This document shows, piece by piece, positions 19,390-28,527 of a DNA stretch of 39,693 nucleotides. Source of the DNA: Acutalibacteraceae bacterium. GTDB lineage: Bacteria > Bacillota > Clostridia > Oscillospirales > Acutalibacteraceae. The stretch spans positions 1 through 39,693 of the forward strand of contig JAZUKW010000085.1 in NCBI GenBank assembly GCA_045643425.1, given 5' to 3'. The notes beneath the pieces were generated by a model, which worked only from the letters and a program-made list of their open reading frames with translations, did no database searches and was not told the DNA's origin. Made by a program: the position numbers and the translations under genes. Each line of letters begins with the position of its first letter. Positions within the stretch are counted from its first letter, which is position 1.

Positions 19390-20022
19390 TTACGCTTTCA
19401 CGCTGTCGGAAACGACCACGATACCGCCGCGCGGGCCCGGGATGGCACCCTTGATGGCGATGAGGTTGTTTTCAGCGTCGATTTTGGCAACCGTTTGATT
19501 TTGCACGGTCACGCGCTCCACACCGAGGTGGCCGGCCGCCTTCATGCCTTTGAAGACACGGGACGGGGACGAGCACGCACCGAGCGAACCGGCGTGGCGA
19601 GCCACAGGACCGGAACCGTGGGTCTCTTTCAAGCGGGAGTGATTCCAACGCTTGATGGCGCCCGCGTAGCCTTTACCTTTGCTGATGCCGACCACGTCCA
19701 CGTGATCGCCCACGGCGAAGGTGTCCGCTTTCACGATGTCACCCAGGTTAAGGGCGGAGCAATCCGCAAAGCGGAACTCACGCAGAGTGCGTTTCGCGGC
19801 GACGTCCGCCTTCGCGAAGTGACCCTGCTGCGGTTTGTTCACGTGTTTCGGGGTAACGTCACCGAAACCGAGTTGAACCGCTTCGTAACCGTCGTTCTCG
19901 ACGGTCTTCTTTTGGACAACCACGCACGGACCCGCCTCAATGACGGTGACCGGGACGACGTTGCCCTTTTCGTCGAAGATCTGCGTCATGCCGATCTTCT
20001 TGCCGATGATACCTTTCTGCAT
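19390..20022 (-). CDS. rplC: 50S ribosomal protein L3
   Basis: Track ORF of 210 aa starting [33 protein letters not shown]. Confidence 0.97.
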   Translation of the reverse strand: MQKGIIGKKIGMTQIFDEKGNVVPVTVIEAGPCVVVQKKTVENDGYEAVQLGFGDVTPKHVNKPQQGHFAKADVAAKRTLREFRFADCSALNLGDIVKADTFAVGDHVDVVGISKGKGYAGAIKRWNHSRLKETHGSGPVARHAGSLGACSSPSRVFKGMKAAGHLGVERVTVQNQTVAKIDAENNLIAIKGAIPGPRGGIVVVSDSVKA

Positions 20023-20127
20023 TTTGTATGCCTCCTTTGGTTATTGGTTACGAACCGCCATATCGGCTGCGGCCCGCAACGTGACCTCGTCTGTGGAATC
20101 TGCCAAACCGGCCTTATATAATAAGGA

Positions 20128-20439
20128 TTACAGTTTGATGTCGATATCCACACCGACGGGGAGTTCAAGACCCATCAGGGCCTCGACGGTCTTGTTAGAC
20201 GGACGAAGAATGTCGATCAGACGCTTGTGCCTACGAGACTCAAACTGCTCGCGGGTATCCTTATATTTGTGGACCGCGCGCAGGATGGTGACGACTTCCT
20301 TCTCGGTCGGCAGCGGGATCGGGCCGGACACGCGAGCGCCGGTACGGCGAGCGGTCTCCACGATCTTCTCGGCTGCTTGATCCACCAGCTGGTGGTCGTA
20401 TCCCTTGATACGAATTCTGATTTTCTCTTTGACTGCCAC
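20128..20439 (-). CDS. rpsJ: 30S ribosomal protein S10
   Basis: Track ORF of 103 aa containing [24 protein letters not shown]. Confidence 0.97.
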   Translation of the reverse strand: MAVKEKIRIRIKGYDHQLVDQAAEKIVETARRTGARVSGPIPLPTEKEVVTILRAVHKYKDTREQFESRRHKRLIDILRPSNKTVEALMGLELPVGVDIDIKL

Positions 20440-20795
20440 TTGTAAAACGCCTCCTGAATAAACTTTTTCTTTGTTTGGCGGGCTTCGTCAGTCTACACCC
20501 CCGCCGTGTGTTTCATGGGTTCCCATCAAAAAACCGGCTTGGTTTTTTGACATAGCCGGGGTGTGCATAACGCTTTCCAGACAGCATCCATGTCGAACCC
20601 GCGCCAAGCCCCGCAAGTAGGCCGTCGCGTTGTACATCTGCTGCACAGGTGTTTTTGGTCGCCCGGTTTAAAATCGGACATACTCCACGGAAAAACCGGC
20701 ATCAAGTGCCGCAACCTCCCGCTTCATCGCATATCGTGCAGTCGTACGCAGACGGCGATTTTTGGGCAAACTACCCCCTTGGCGCAGTCGCGTAC
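20440..20795 (-). promoter_or_regulatory. long structured 5' leader of the S10 operon with terminator-like hairpins (candidate attenuator)
   Basis: About 355 nt lie between the predicted promoter and the rpsJ ATG. Minus-strand hairpins are CGGCActtgaTGCCG + GTTTTT (20691-20711) and CCGGCT-N14-AGCCGG + TTTTTT (20528-20559). See findings. Confidence 0.45.
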
Positions 20796-20801
20796 CCTAC
20801 T

Positions 20802-20830
20802 ACTATAAAACAAACCTTTCCGAATTGCAA
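20802..20830 (-). promoter_or_regulatory. sigma-A promoter candidate for the S10 operon
   Basis: Minus strand reads TTGCAA (20825-20830), a 17-nt spacer, then TATAGT (20802-20807). About 70 nt of nearly pure A/T lie upstream (UP-element-like). Confidence 0.6.
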
Positions 20831-20912
20831 GTGTTTTTTAAAAAAAATACAAAAAAATTTTTGAAATTTTTTCGGCATACCACATATAGTAAATTTTTCC
20901 CGAAGAAACCAC

Positions 20913-20949
20913 AAAAACCCGTGCGAAACACAGCTTCGCACGGGTTTTT
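20913..20949 (-). terminator. intrinsic terminator after dnaJ (U-tracts on both sides)
   Basis: CCCGTGCGAAacacagcTTCGCACGGG is flanked by A5 and T5. Confidence 0.8.
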
Positions 20950-20960
20950 ATCAAACAATT

Positions 20961-22100
20961 TTACAGCTTTTTGAATTTGTCCCTAAACGACTTGCGCTTT
21001 TGGTAGTTGCGGTCACCGGTCGTTCCCTCGAACTCCTCCAAAATGCGCTTTTGGTCGGCGGTGAGGTTTTTCGGCACCTCCACCACAAACCGCACCACCT
21101 GATCACCGCGGCCGCGACCGTTCAGATAAGGAATACCCTTGCCTTTCAGCCGCACGGTATCGCCCGGCTGCGTCCCGTCCTTGACGGTGTATTTCTCCTT
21201 GCCGTCCAGCGTGGGGATCTCCACCTCCGCGCCGAGCGCCACCTGGGTGAACGTCACCGGGAAGTCACACAGCACCTCGTAGCCGCGCCGCTCGAAGATC
21301 GGATGGGGGCGCACCCCCACCTGCACCTGCAAATCGCCGGCAGGCCCGCCGTTTTTACCGGCGTTGCCCTTGCCCGGAATGGTGATGACCTGGCCGTCGT
21401 CGATACCGGCGGGGATGTTGATGCCCACCTTGACCGCCTTGCGCACCTGACCGCTGCCGGAGCAAGCCCGGCACGGCGTTTCGATCAGCTTACCGGTGCC
21501 GCGGCATTTGGGACACGCCGTCTGCGTCTGCATCACGCCAAACGGCGTGCGCTGCTGCCGCGCCACTTGGCCGCGGCCGCCGCATTCGGGACAGGTCTTC
21601 GGGGACGTGCCCTTGGCAGCACCCGAGCCGCCGCAAACGGTACAGCTTTCCACCACGCGGGCATCCACCTGCTTTTTGCAGCCGAACGCTGCCTCGGCAA
21701 AGTCGATGATGACCTGCGACGCCACGTCGCTTCCGGCTTGCGGCGCGTTGGGGTTGGCCCGTCGGCCGCCCGCTCCGCCGCCGAAGAAAGAGGAGAACAG
21801 GTCGCCGAGGTCAATATCCATCCCGCCGAAGCCGCCGCCCCAACCGGCACCGGCGCCGGCCCCGTAGTTGGGATCCACGCCCGCGTGACCGAATTGGTCA
21901 TAGCGCGCCTTTTTGTCCTTATCCGACAACACCTCATAGGCTTCGTTCGCTTCTTTAAAGTGCTTTTCCGCCTCGGCGTCACCGGGGTTTAAGTCGGGGT
22001 GATATTTTTTCGCCTGCTGGCGATAGGCTTTTTTAATTTCGTCGTCCGAGGCGTTTTTGGAAACACCGAGCACGTCGTAATAATCGCGTTTATCCGCCAT
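20961..22100 (-). CDS. dnaJ: molecular chaperone DnaJ
   Basis: The track ORF extends to 22115 (TTG inside the upstream hairpin). I prefer the ATG at 22098-22100 ([13 protein letters not shown]). It has the J domain HPD, a G/F-rich region and four CxxCxGxG zinc motifs. Confidence 0.96.
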   Translation of the reverse strand: MADKRDYYDVLGVSKNASDDEIKKAYRQQAKKYHPDLNPGDAEAEKHFKEANEAYEVLSDKDKKARYDQFGHAGVDPNYGAGAGAGWGGGFGGMDIDLGDLFSSFFGGGAGGRRANPNAPQAGSDVASQVIIDFAEAAFGCKKQVDARVVESCTVCGGSGAAKGTSPKTCPECGGRGQVARQQRTPFGVMQTQTACPKCRGTGKLIETPCRACSGSGQVRKAVKVGINIPAGIDDGQVITIPGKGNAGKNGGPAGDLQVQVGVRPHPIFERRGYEVLCDFPVTFTQVALGAEVEIPTLDGKEKYTVKDGTQPGDTVRLKGKGIPYLNGRGRGDQVVRFVVEVPKNLTADQKRILEEFEGTTGDRNYQKRKSFRDKFKKL

Positions 22101-22112
22101 AAGTAAACCCCT

Positions 22113-22140
22113 CAAAAGCGGCGGGGATCCCCCGCCGCTC
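22113..22140 (-). terminator. GC-rich hairpin with a short U-tract between dnaK and dnaJ (partial terminator or processing site)
   Basis: Minus strand reads GAGCGGCGGGGgatCCCCGCCGCTT followed by TTG. Confidence 0.45.
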
Positions 22141-22151
22141 TTTTCTTGTGA

Positions 22152-23990
22152 TTAGTGAACCTCGCCGTTATAGAACCCGTCGGCATCCGCGTTTCCCGCA
22201 TCGCCGTTGTCACCGGCGTCGCCGGCAAAGCCTTCGGCACCCTCCGCACCCTGCGGCGCGTTCGCCTGATAGACCTTCGCCGACACGTCGTAGAACGCTT
22301 TCATCAGATCCTCGTTCGCGGCTTTGATCGCGTCGTAGTCGTCGCCCTTGAGCTTCTCTTTCAGCTCGTCGATCTTGCCCTGCAAGGTGGTTTTGTCCGC
22401 CTCGTCGAGCTTGTCGCCCAGCTCCTCGATCGCCTGCTCGCATTGGTACACCGCCTGGTCGCCCGCGTTGCGGGTATCGACGTTCTCGCGGTTCTTCTTA
22501 TCCTCCGCCGCATACTGCTCGGCGTCCTTCACCGCCTTGTCGATGTCCTCTTTGGACATATTGGAGCTGGCGGTAATGGTGATATGCTGCTCCTTGCCGG
22601 TGCCGAGGTCTTTCGCAGACACGTTCACGATACCGTTCGCGTCGATATCAAAAGTCACCTCAATCTGCGGCACACCGCGACGCGCCGGAGCGATACCGTC
22701 GAGGTGGAACATACCGAGCGATTTGTTATCGCGGGCAAACTCGCGCTCGCCCTGCAGCACGTGGATCTCCACCGACGGCTGGTTGTCCGCGGCAGTCGAG
22801 AAGATCTGGCTCTTTTTGGTCGGGATGGTGGTATTGCGCTCGATGATGCGGGTCATAACGCCGCCCATCGTCTCGACACCGAGCGACAGCGGGGTCACGA
22901 CGAGCAGCAGCAGGCCTTTGACCTCGCCGCCGAGTTCGCCGCCCTGCAGCGCCGCGCCCATCGCAACGCACTCATCCGGGTTGATGCCCTTGAACGGCTC
23001 TTTGCCGGTAAACTTCTTCACCGCATCCTGCACCGCCGGAATACGGGTCGAACCGCCGACGAGCAGCACCTTGTCGATCTCGGAGGTGGACAGACCGCTG
23101 TCGGACAGCGCCTGCTTCATCGGCTCGAGCGTCTTGTTAACGAGGTCGGCGGTCAGCTCGTTGAACTTCGCGCGAGACAGCGTCATATCGAGGTGCTTCG
23201 GGCCGTTTTGATCCGCCGTGATAAACGGCAGGTTGATTTGGGTCGTGGTCATACCGGACAGGTCGATCTTGGCTTTTTCCGCCGCATCGCGCAGACGGCC
23301 CATCGCCGAACGGTCGGCGGACAGATCGACGCCCTGCTCCGCTTTGAATTCCTTGACCAGCCAATCGACGATCTTCTGGTCGAAGTCGTCACCGCCGAGG
23401 CGGTTGTTACCGGCGGTGGCCAGCACCTCCTGCACGCCGTCGCCCATCTCGATGATGGAGACGTCGAACGTGCCGCCGCCGAGGTCGTAGACCATGATCT
23501 TTTGGTCGGTCTCTTTGTCGATGCCGTAGGCGAGCGCCGCCGCCGTCGGCTCGTTGATGATACGTTTCACTTCGAGGCCCGCGATCTTGCCCGCGTCCTT
23601 GGTCGCCTGACGCTGCGGGTCGGTGAAGTACGCCGGAACGGTGATGACCGCCTCGGTCACGGTGTCGCCGAGATACGCCTCCGCGTCCTCTTTCAGCTTG
23701 CGGAGGATCATCGCGGAGATCTGTTGCGGCGTAAAGCTGTCGTTGTCGATCGACACCTTGTAGTCAGAGCCCATCTCGCGCTTGATCGACGACACGGTGC
23801 GCTCGGGGTTGGTGACCGCCTGCTGTTTCGCGGCGCGGCCGACGATACGCTCGCCGTCTTTTTTAAACGCCACAACGGACGGGGTAGTACGCGCCCCTTC
23901 CGGGTTCGGGATGACGACGGCTTCGCCGCCCTCGATCACGGATACGCACGAGTTGGTGGTACCCAGGTCAATACCGATGATTTTTGCCAT
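22152..23990 (-). CDS. dnaK: molecular chaperone DnaK (Hsp70)
   Basis: The track ORF extends to 24017. I prefer the ATG at 23988-23990 ([16 protein letters not shown]), preceded by AAGAAAGAGG. Confidence 0.97.
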   Translation of the reverse strand: MAKIIGIDLGTTNSCVSVIEGGEAVVIPNPEGARTTPSVVAFKKDGERIVGRAAKQQAVTNPERTVSSIKREMGSDYKVSIDNDSFTPQQISAMILRKLKEDAEAYLGDTVTEAVITVPAYFTDPQRQATKDAGKIAGLEVKRIINEPTAAALAYGIDKETDQKIMVYDLGGGTFDVSIIEMGDGVQEVLATAGNNRLGGDDFDQKIVDWLVKEFKAEQGVDLSADRSAMGRLRDAAEKAKIDLSGMTTTQINLPFITADQNGPKHLDMTLSRAKFNELTADLVNKTLEPMKQALSDSGLSTSEIDKVLLVGGSTRIPAVQDAVKKFTGKEPFKGINPDECVAMGAALQGGELGGEVKGLLLLVVTPLSLGVETMGGVMTRIIERNTTIPTKKSQIFSTAADNQPSVEIHVLQGEREFARDNKSLGMFHLDGIAPARRGVPQIEVTFDIDANGIVNVSAKDLGTGKEQHITITASSNMSKEDIDKAVKDAEQYAAEDKKNRENVDTRNAGDQAVYQCEQAIEELGDKLDEADKTTLQGKIDELKEKLKGDDYDAIKAANEDLMKAFYDVSAKVYQANAPQGAEGAEGFAGDAGDNGDAGNADADGFYNGEVH

Positions 23991-24050
23991 GTTGATTACC
24001 TCTTTCTTATAGTACAATTTATTATAATACCATTATATATGCTCGACCCG

Positions 24051-24590
24051 TCAGTTGGCCACCTTAACGATGGCGGGACGGATGAGTCGGTCACCGAATT
24101 TATAGCCGTTTTGGAACACCTGCGTCACCGTATCCGGCTCCACTCCCTCCGCGGCATCCTCGCGCTGGATGGCGTTGTGCAGCTCGGGGTCGAACGGCTC
24201 GCCGAGCGGATTCAGCTCGGTCACACCGATTTTCTCGAACGTGTCGTGCAGCTGACGCACGATCATCTCCACGCCTTGGCGGTATTCCGGGCCGTCCGGC
24301 GATTGGCACGCGCGGTCGAGATTATCCAAAATCGGAAGCAGCGTCTCCAAAAGATCCGCTTTTGCGAATTGCCCGATGTCGGTTTTTTCCTGCTCGGTGC
24401 GGCGCTTATAGTTGGCATATTCCGCCAGCACCCGCATATATTGCTCTTTTTGCGCTTCCAGCTCCGCTTGCAGCGTTTCCTCCGCGCTTTTTTCCGGCGC
24501 CGTCTCCGGCGTTGCGGTCTCCTCCGCCGCCTCGACGGGCTTTTCCGCCTCCGCCTGCGGCTGTTTCTTTTCCTTGCTCAACGGGTCCAC
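24051..24590 (-). CDS. grpE: nucleotide exchange factor GrpE
   Basis: Track ORF of 179 aa with an acidic N-terminus and the C-terminal segment HNAIQREDA...VTQVFQNGYKFGDRLIRPAIVKV. The GTG at 24590 sits on the RBS-like GAGGTG. A TTG at 24581 is an equally plausible start. Confidence 0.93.
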   Translation of the reverse strand: MDPLSKEKKQPQAEAEKPVEAAEETATPETAPEKSAEETLQAELEAQKEQYMRVLAEYANYKRRTEQEKTDIGQFAKADLLETLLPILDNLDRACQSPDGPEYRQGVEMIVRQLHDTFEKIGVTELNPLGEPFDPELHNAIQREDAAEGVEPDTVTQVFQNGYKFGDRLIRPAIVKVAN

Positions 24591-24593
24591 CTC

Positions 24594-25616
24594 TTATTCT
24601 TTCAGGAATTGGTCAAAGATATGCTCCACCGCCCGCGCGGTATACGCCAGCGTGGGAATGGCGGTGGCATAATTCATTCGTTGGGGGCCGATCAGCCCGA
24701 TCGCGCCGTCGCCGCCCTTCGGGATATACCGGGTAACGATCAGGCTCGAGCCGGCAAGCTCCGGACTGTTCGCCTCGCTGCCGAACACCACCCGCATTCC
24801 GCCGGGATGCGCCGCCAGCAGATGCGCCAGCTCCGCGCGCCGCGCCAAAAAGTCGATGAGACTGTGGGCGCGCTCCGGCGCATACGCCGGGTTGCGCAGC
24901 AGATTGAGCTGCCCTTTGAGCAGCACCTCCGCCCGCTCGGATTCCTGCGTCATTTCATAAAGCGCGGTCAGCACCGGCATACACGAAAATCCCTCGTCGC
25001 CGAGCGACACGAGCAGCCGCTGCATTTTCGGCAGCGTCACGTCGTCGGTGGTCTTGCCCACAAACTCGGCACACAGCGTCGCCGTCAACCGCTCGCACAC
25101 CGCACGGGGCACGGGATCGAACAAGCGGCACACGCGATGGTGCAGCACCCCGAAGCCGGTCATAAGCAGCAGCGACACCGCGTAGGGTGACATGGGGATG
25201 ACCTCCAGCCGGCGAATGGTCGCGCGGCTTTCGGTGGGGCTTGTCGTGATCGCGGCGCAGCCCGTCTCCTGCGCCAAAAGCGCCGAGGCGGTATCCATCA
25301 GCTCGTCCGGGTTCGCCGCCCGCTCGAGCGCGTCGTCGATCTCGCGGCACAGCGTCTCCGAGGGAGACACCGGCGTCATCAGCTTGTCGATATACAGCCG
25401 AAACGCTTTCGCCGTCGGCACACGGCCGGCAGACGCGTGGGGCTGCTCCAAATAGCCGAGAGCCGAAAGCTCCGCCATTTCGTTACGGATGGTCGCGGAG
25501 GAAACCGCGTTGTCCATCTGCTCCATCAGCCACTTCGAGCCGACCGGCTCGCCGGTGCGGATATACGCATCGGTCAAAAGACCCAAGATCCGCTCCTTGC
25601 GCTCGCTTAACGACAT
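24594..25616 (-). CDS. hrcA: heat-inducible transcription repressor HrcA
   Basis: The track ORF extends to 25685, through the CIRCE element. I prefer the ATG at 25614-25616 (MSLSERKERILGLL...), preceded by AAAGGAGGAG. It is the first gene of the dnaK operon. Confidence 0.94.
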   Translation of the reverse strand: MSLSERKERILGLLTDAYIRTGEPVGSKWLMEQMDNAVSSATIRNEMAELSALGYLEQPHASAGRVPTAKAFRLYIDKLMTPVSPSETLCREIDDALERAANPDELMDTASALLAQETGCAAITTSPTESRATIRRLEVIPMSPYAVSLLLMTGFGVLHHRVCRLFDPVPRAVCERLTATLCAEFVGKTTDDVTLPKMQRLLVSLGDEGFSCMPVLTALYEMTQESERAEVLLKGQLNLLRNPAYAPERAHSLIDFLARRAELAHLLAAHPGGMRVVFGSEANSPELAGSSLIVTRYIPKGGDGAIGLIGPQRMNYATAIPTLAYTARAVEHIFDQFLKE

Positions 25617-25639
25617 CACCGTCTCCTCCTTTCGCGGTT

Positions 25640-25666
25640 TTAGCACTCCGACGGTCGGAGTGCTAA
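25640..25666. promoter_or_regulatory. CIRCE operator (HrcA binding site)
   Basis: TTAGCACTC-N9-GAGTGCTAA is a perfect match to the CIRCE consensus. It lies between the promoter and the hrcA start. Confidence 0.95.
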
Positions 25667-25675
25667 TTCCTCTAT

Positions 25676-25704
25676 AAGATACCACGCAAATCGGCTCTTG
25701 TCAA
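25676..25704 (-). promoter_or_regulatory. sigma-A promoter candidate of the hrcA-grpE-dnaK-dnaJ operon
   Basis: Minus strand reads TTGACA (25699-25704), a 17-nt spacer, then TATCTT (25676-25681), immediately upstream of CIRCE. Confidence 0.6.
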
Positions 25705-25770
25705 GGGTGAATTATGAAAGAAACGTGAATTTCGGGTGTTTTTTCGGTAGGAATTCGGTACGCCCGCCGC

Positions 25771-25805
25771 AAAAAGAAAAAAGGCGCTCCGAAAAGCCCC
25801 TTTTT
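25771..25805 (-). terminator. intrinsic terminator candidate closing the gpr-spoIIP transcript
   Basis: Minus strand reads GGGGCTtttcggAGCGCC followed by TTTTTTCTTTTT. One stem position is mismatched. Confidence 0.5.
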
Positions 25806-25884
25806 GTCGTCCCACAACTACATTTCTTCCCGCATTTCCCTCTGTCCGTAGAGCAGGGCTAACGGAATCGAGCGCCGCCGTGGG

Positions 25885-26081
25885 ATTTTGCACTCGCTTT
25901 AGGTGGTTTTGTAGGGGTCGGCGTCCCCGACGACCCCAATGAATTTTGCACCGACCGTGGGGCTGTCGAGGACGCCAGCCCCTACAAGAGAATTTGAGTT
26001 GTGTCTGTAGGGGCGATTCAAGAATCGCCCCATTCCAATATTTTGCACCGACCGCGAGGGTCATTCGTGAATGGCCCCTAC
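25885..26081. repeat. cluster of four REP-like GTAGGGG-headed palindromic units in alternating orientation (BIME-like)
   Basis: The units lie at 25911-25937, 25959-25985, 26007-26031 and 26057-26081. A shared 15-nt ATTTTGCACCGACCG occurs at 25943-25957 and 26040-26054. See findings. Confidence 0.8.
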
Positions 26082-26116
26082 ACGCGCACCGCAAGCCCCG
26101 ACAAGACCTCCGTCAC

Positions 26117-27133
26117 CTACGCCCCAAGCACCTTCGCCACCGCGTCGCCGAGAAGCGCCGCCGAGCGCTCCGCTTCCGCAAACGTGTTTGCCTGCGCCCC
26201 GACCTCCACAAGAAAGCCCGGCCACAGACTTTGGTTATACTCGCAGGCGCAAAACGAGAGCGGCCGCATAATCCCCGGCACGGTCGCCTGCAGCTCTTTT
26301 TGCAGCGCGATCGCCGTTGCCACGTTTTCGTCGCGGTAGGGGTTCGGGTTGTCGGCGGTATTCTCCGCACCGATGACAAACATCATCTGGGCATAGCTTT
26401 CACCGTTTTGCGTCACCGTCGGCTTCACCGCCACCGTCTCGCTGCGCTGGACCGCATCGCGGTGGAGGTCGATCACGAGTTTTATCGACGGGTACTGTTT
26501 GCGCACCGCCTCCGCCGTATCCGCCGAACGGTAATACGCGCCCACGTATTCCGGATCGTCGTGGATCGTGGTATCGTGGATAACAGAAATCCCCCGCGCG
26601 CGTAAACTGTTCGCCAGCGCCTCCCCCGCCGCCACGACGTTTTTTTCGGGATCGGTGCTTCGCCCCATATCTTCCTTATTGTAATACCCCGCGTAATAGG
26701 TCATATACGTCTCGGTGGTGTGGGTGTGCAAAATCAGCACCTGCGGCTTTCCGTCGCGTTTCAGCGCGGTGGTCGGCTTCTTTTTGAGAAACGCCGCAAA
26801 ATCCACCGAAAGACCGTCGCGGTTTTTGTAATAGAGGTTGTCCGTCAGCCGCTTTCCGCCGCCGACGCGCTCCTCCACCACGGTGCCGCCTCCCTTTTTC
26901 TTCGGCGGAACAGACGGCGACACCGCCGAAAGCGCCGGCGTCTGCTCGCTTTTTTCCGCGGCGGCAACAACGAGCGCGGTGGCGGAGGTCGTCGCTGTCG
27001 GCGCTGACGACCGCTCGGTCAGCGCCACCCACGCTTTGGCGGGCGCCACCAGCAGCCAAAGCGGGATCGCCGCCGCCGCACAGAGCAGCCACAGCCGCCC
27101 GATGCCTCTGAAAAAGTTTCTCACGTCCGCCAC
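26117..27133 (-). CDS. spoIIP: stage II sporulation protein P (SpoIIP, cell-wall amidase/endopeptidase)
   Basis: Track ORF of 338 aa with an N-terminal TM segment. It contains VLILHTHTTETY...IDLHRD...MFVIGAEN...VEVG, typical of SpoIIP, and follows gpr as in Bacillus. The start may be the GTG at 27124 rather than 27133. Confidence 0.88.
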   Translation of the reverse strand: MADVRNFFRGIGRLWLLCAAAAIPLWLLVAPAKAWVALTERSSAPTATTSATALVVAAAEKSEQTPALSAVSPSVPPKKKGGGTVVEERVGGGKRLTDNLYYKNRDGLSVDFAAFLKKKPTTALKRDGKPQVLILHTHTTETYMTYYAGYYNKEDMGRSTDPEKNVVAAGEALANSLRARGISVIHDTTIHDDPEYVGAYYRSADTAEAVRKQYPSIKLVIDLHRDAVQRSETVAVKPTVTQNGESYAQMMFVIGAENTADNPNPYRDENVATAIALQKELQATVPGIMRPLSFCACEYNQSLWPGFLVEVGAQANTFAEAERSAALLGDAVAKVLGA

Positions 27134-27174
27134 CTCGCTTATTCTTTATTAGAATATATGCGCGGTCGCGTCGA

Positions 27175-28011
27175 TTATGCCAGCGCCAACAGCTCCAGCG
27201 GGTCGTATGCCGGGTGAAGCGCCGCATGGATGCTCATGGCGATCAGCCGCGCACAGCGGTGGACGATCAGGTCGATTTCCCGCGGGGTCACCATCATATA
27301 CCGCAGCGCCTCGCCGCCGCGGTCATACAGCCCCGCCGCATCCACCACCGTGGGAACGCCCACCGCGATAACGGGAACGCCCAGCGTCTGCCGATCGAGC
27401 GCCACCCGACGGTTGCCGACACCCGAGCCGGGCGCAATACCGCCGTCGCTCATCTGCACCGTTGTGCCGAGCCGCTCGGGACTTGCCGCCGCCAGCGCAT
27501 CCACTGCGATCACCGCCGCCGGTGCGACCGTGCGGCATACGCCGCGAATCAGCTCCGCCGTCTCTACTCCCGTTTCGCCTACCACGCCGGCGCGGATCAC
27601 CGCCGTCGGACGCAAATCGGAAAGCCCGCTTGCGCGGGCGAACTCGCCGTCGAGATGGCGGGTCGCCAACACCAGCTTGGCGGTTTCCGGCCCGACCGCA
27701 TCCGGCGTGATCGTCTCGTTGCCGAGCCCCACCACCAGCACGCACCCCTCCGACGGCAACAGACGTTTAAGCTCTTGGCCGAGAAGCGTGGCGTGTTCCC
27801 GCAGCTCTTGGTCGCTGTCGGACAGCGGCGGCACGTCCATCGTCACGTACTGTCCCTGCGGCTTGCCCGCCGCTTTTTCTCCCGCTGCGGTGCGGATATG
27901 GGTATAGGTCAGCGTGACCGCTCCGTTTTTATGGGTATGCACCGCCACGTCCTTTGCCGAAAGTGAAGCGTCTTTTGGCAATTCCGTTGCCAAATCGGTT
28001 CGATAAAACAC
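27175..28011 (-). CDS. gpr: germination protease GPR
   Basis: Track ORF of 278 aa with a GTG start after GAGGGG. It has the N-terminal RTDLA motif, then VVGLGNETITPDAVGP and GGIAPGSGVGNRR. It is divergent from rpsT, as in Bacillus. Confidence 0.88.
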   Translation of the reverse strand: MFYRTDLATELPKDASLSAKDVAVHTHKNGAVTLTYTHIRTAAGEKAAGKPQGQYVTMDVPPLSDSDQELREHATLLGQELKRLLPSEGCVLVVGLGNETITPDAVGPETAKLVLATRHLDGEFARASGLSDLRPTAVIRAGVVGETGVETAELIRGVCRTVAPAAVIAVDALAAASPERLGTTVQMSDGGIAPGSGVGNRRVALDRQTLGVPVIAVGVPTVVDAAGLYDRGGEALRYMMVTPREIDLIVHRCARLIAMSIHAALHPAYDPLELLALA

Positions 28012-28078
28012 AAAATCCCCTCACAATTCCCCATTTTTTCGTAGTATTTACAAAAAAACGAAAAGTTATAAAAAAAAC

Positions 28079-28107
28079 TTGCATTTTGGAAATCTATGTG
28101 GTAGTAT
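28079..28107 (+). promoter_or_regulatory. sigma-A promoter candidate for rpsT
   Basis: TTGCAT (28079-28084), a 17-nt spacer, then TAGTAT (28102-28107). Confidence 0.55.
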
Positions 28108-28177
28108 ATATGGTGCGTGATTTAGAAAGAGTGTTTCGGCGGGCTTCCGCCGTCACAAATACAGAGGAGGTGTGACC

Positions 28178-28429
28178 ATGCCCAACATTAAATCCGCCAA
28201 AAAACGTGTGAAGGTCATCGAGGCAAAAACGGCGCGCAACAAGGCTGCCCGCTCGGCCCTCAAAACCGACATCAAAAAAGCCAACGCCGCTATTGAGTCC
28301 GGCGAAAATGCCGAGGCCGCGGTGAAAACCGCCATCAAAAAGATCGACCAGGCGGCTGCGAAGGGTCTGCTGCACAAGAACACCGCTGCGCGGAAAAAGT
28401 CCGCCCTCGCCAAAAAAGCCAACGGCTGA
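28178..28429 (+). CDS. rpsT: 30S ribosomal protein S20
   Basis: The track ORF starts at GTG 28172. I prefer the ATG at 28178 (MPNIKSAKKRVKV), 9 nt after GAGGAGG. Confidence 0.95.
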   Translation: MPNIKSAKKRVKVIEAKTARNKAARSALKTDIKKANAAIESGENAEAAVKTAIKKIDQAAAKGLLHKNTAARKKSALAKKANG

Positions 28430-28444
28430 TTCGGACAAAACGAA

Positions 28445-28482
28445 AACAGTTGAGGATTTCCTCAACTGTTTTTTGTTTTTTT
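28445..28482 (+). terminator. intrinsic terminator after rpsT
   Basis: AACAGTTGAGGatttCCTCAACTGTT followed by TTTTGTTTTTTT. Confidence 0.85.
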
Positions 28483-28527
28483 ACGGCATCCGCAACGCCA
28501 CCACCGCCCTCAACGCCCCCTTCTCGA

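Noticed and set aside
20526-20714. A 62-aa minus-strand ORF inside the rpsJ leader.
   Set aside because: It has no RBS and a Cys/Arg/Trp-rich composition atypical of this genome's proteins. It overlaps the predicted leader hairpins, so the region is better explained as structured RNA.
22155-25190. A 1011-aa open reading frame on the plus strand, antisense to dnaK, grpE and part of hrcA.
   Set aside because: Long stop-free antisense frames are a known by-product of codon bias in high-GC genes, and classically so opposite hsp70/dnaK. The translation is Arg/Leu/His/Gly-rich low-complexity sequence with no RBS or promoter. The opposite strand carries unmistakable conserved genes.
25672-26094. 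A 140-aa minus-strand ORF covering the hrcA upstream region and the REP-like cluster.
   Set aside because: It runs through the hrcA promoter, a terminator and the four palindromic units. Its sequence (GRRGRRPLQ-type repeats) is simply the translation of those GC-rich hairpins, so it is not a gene.
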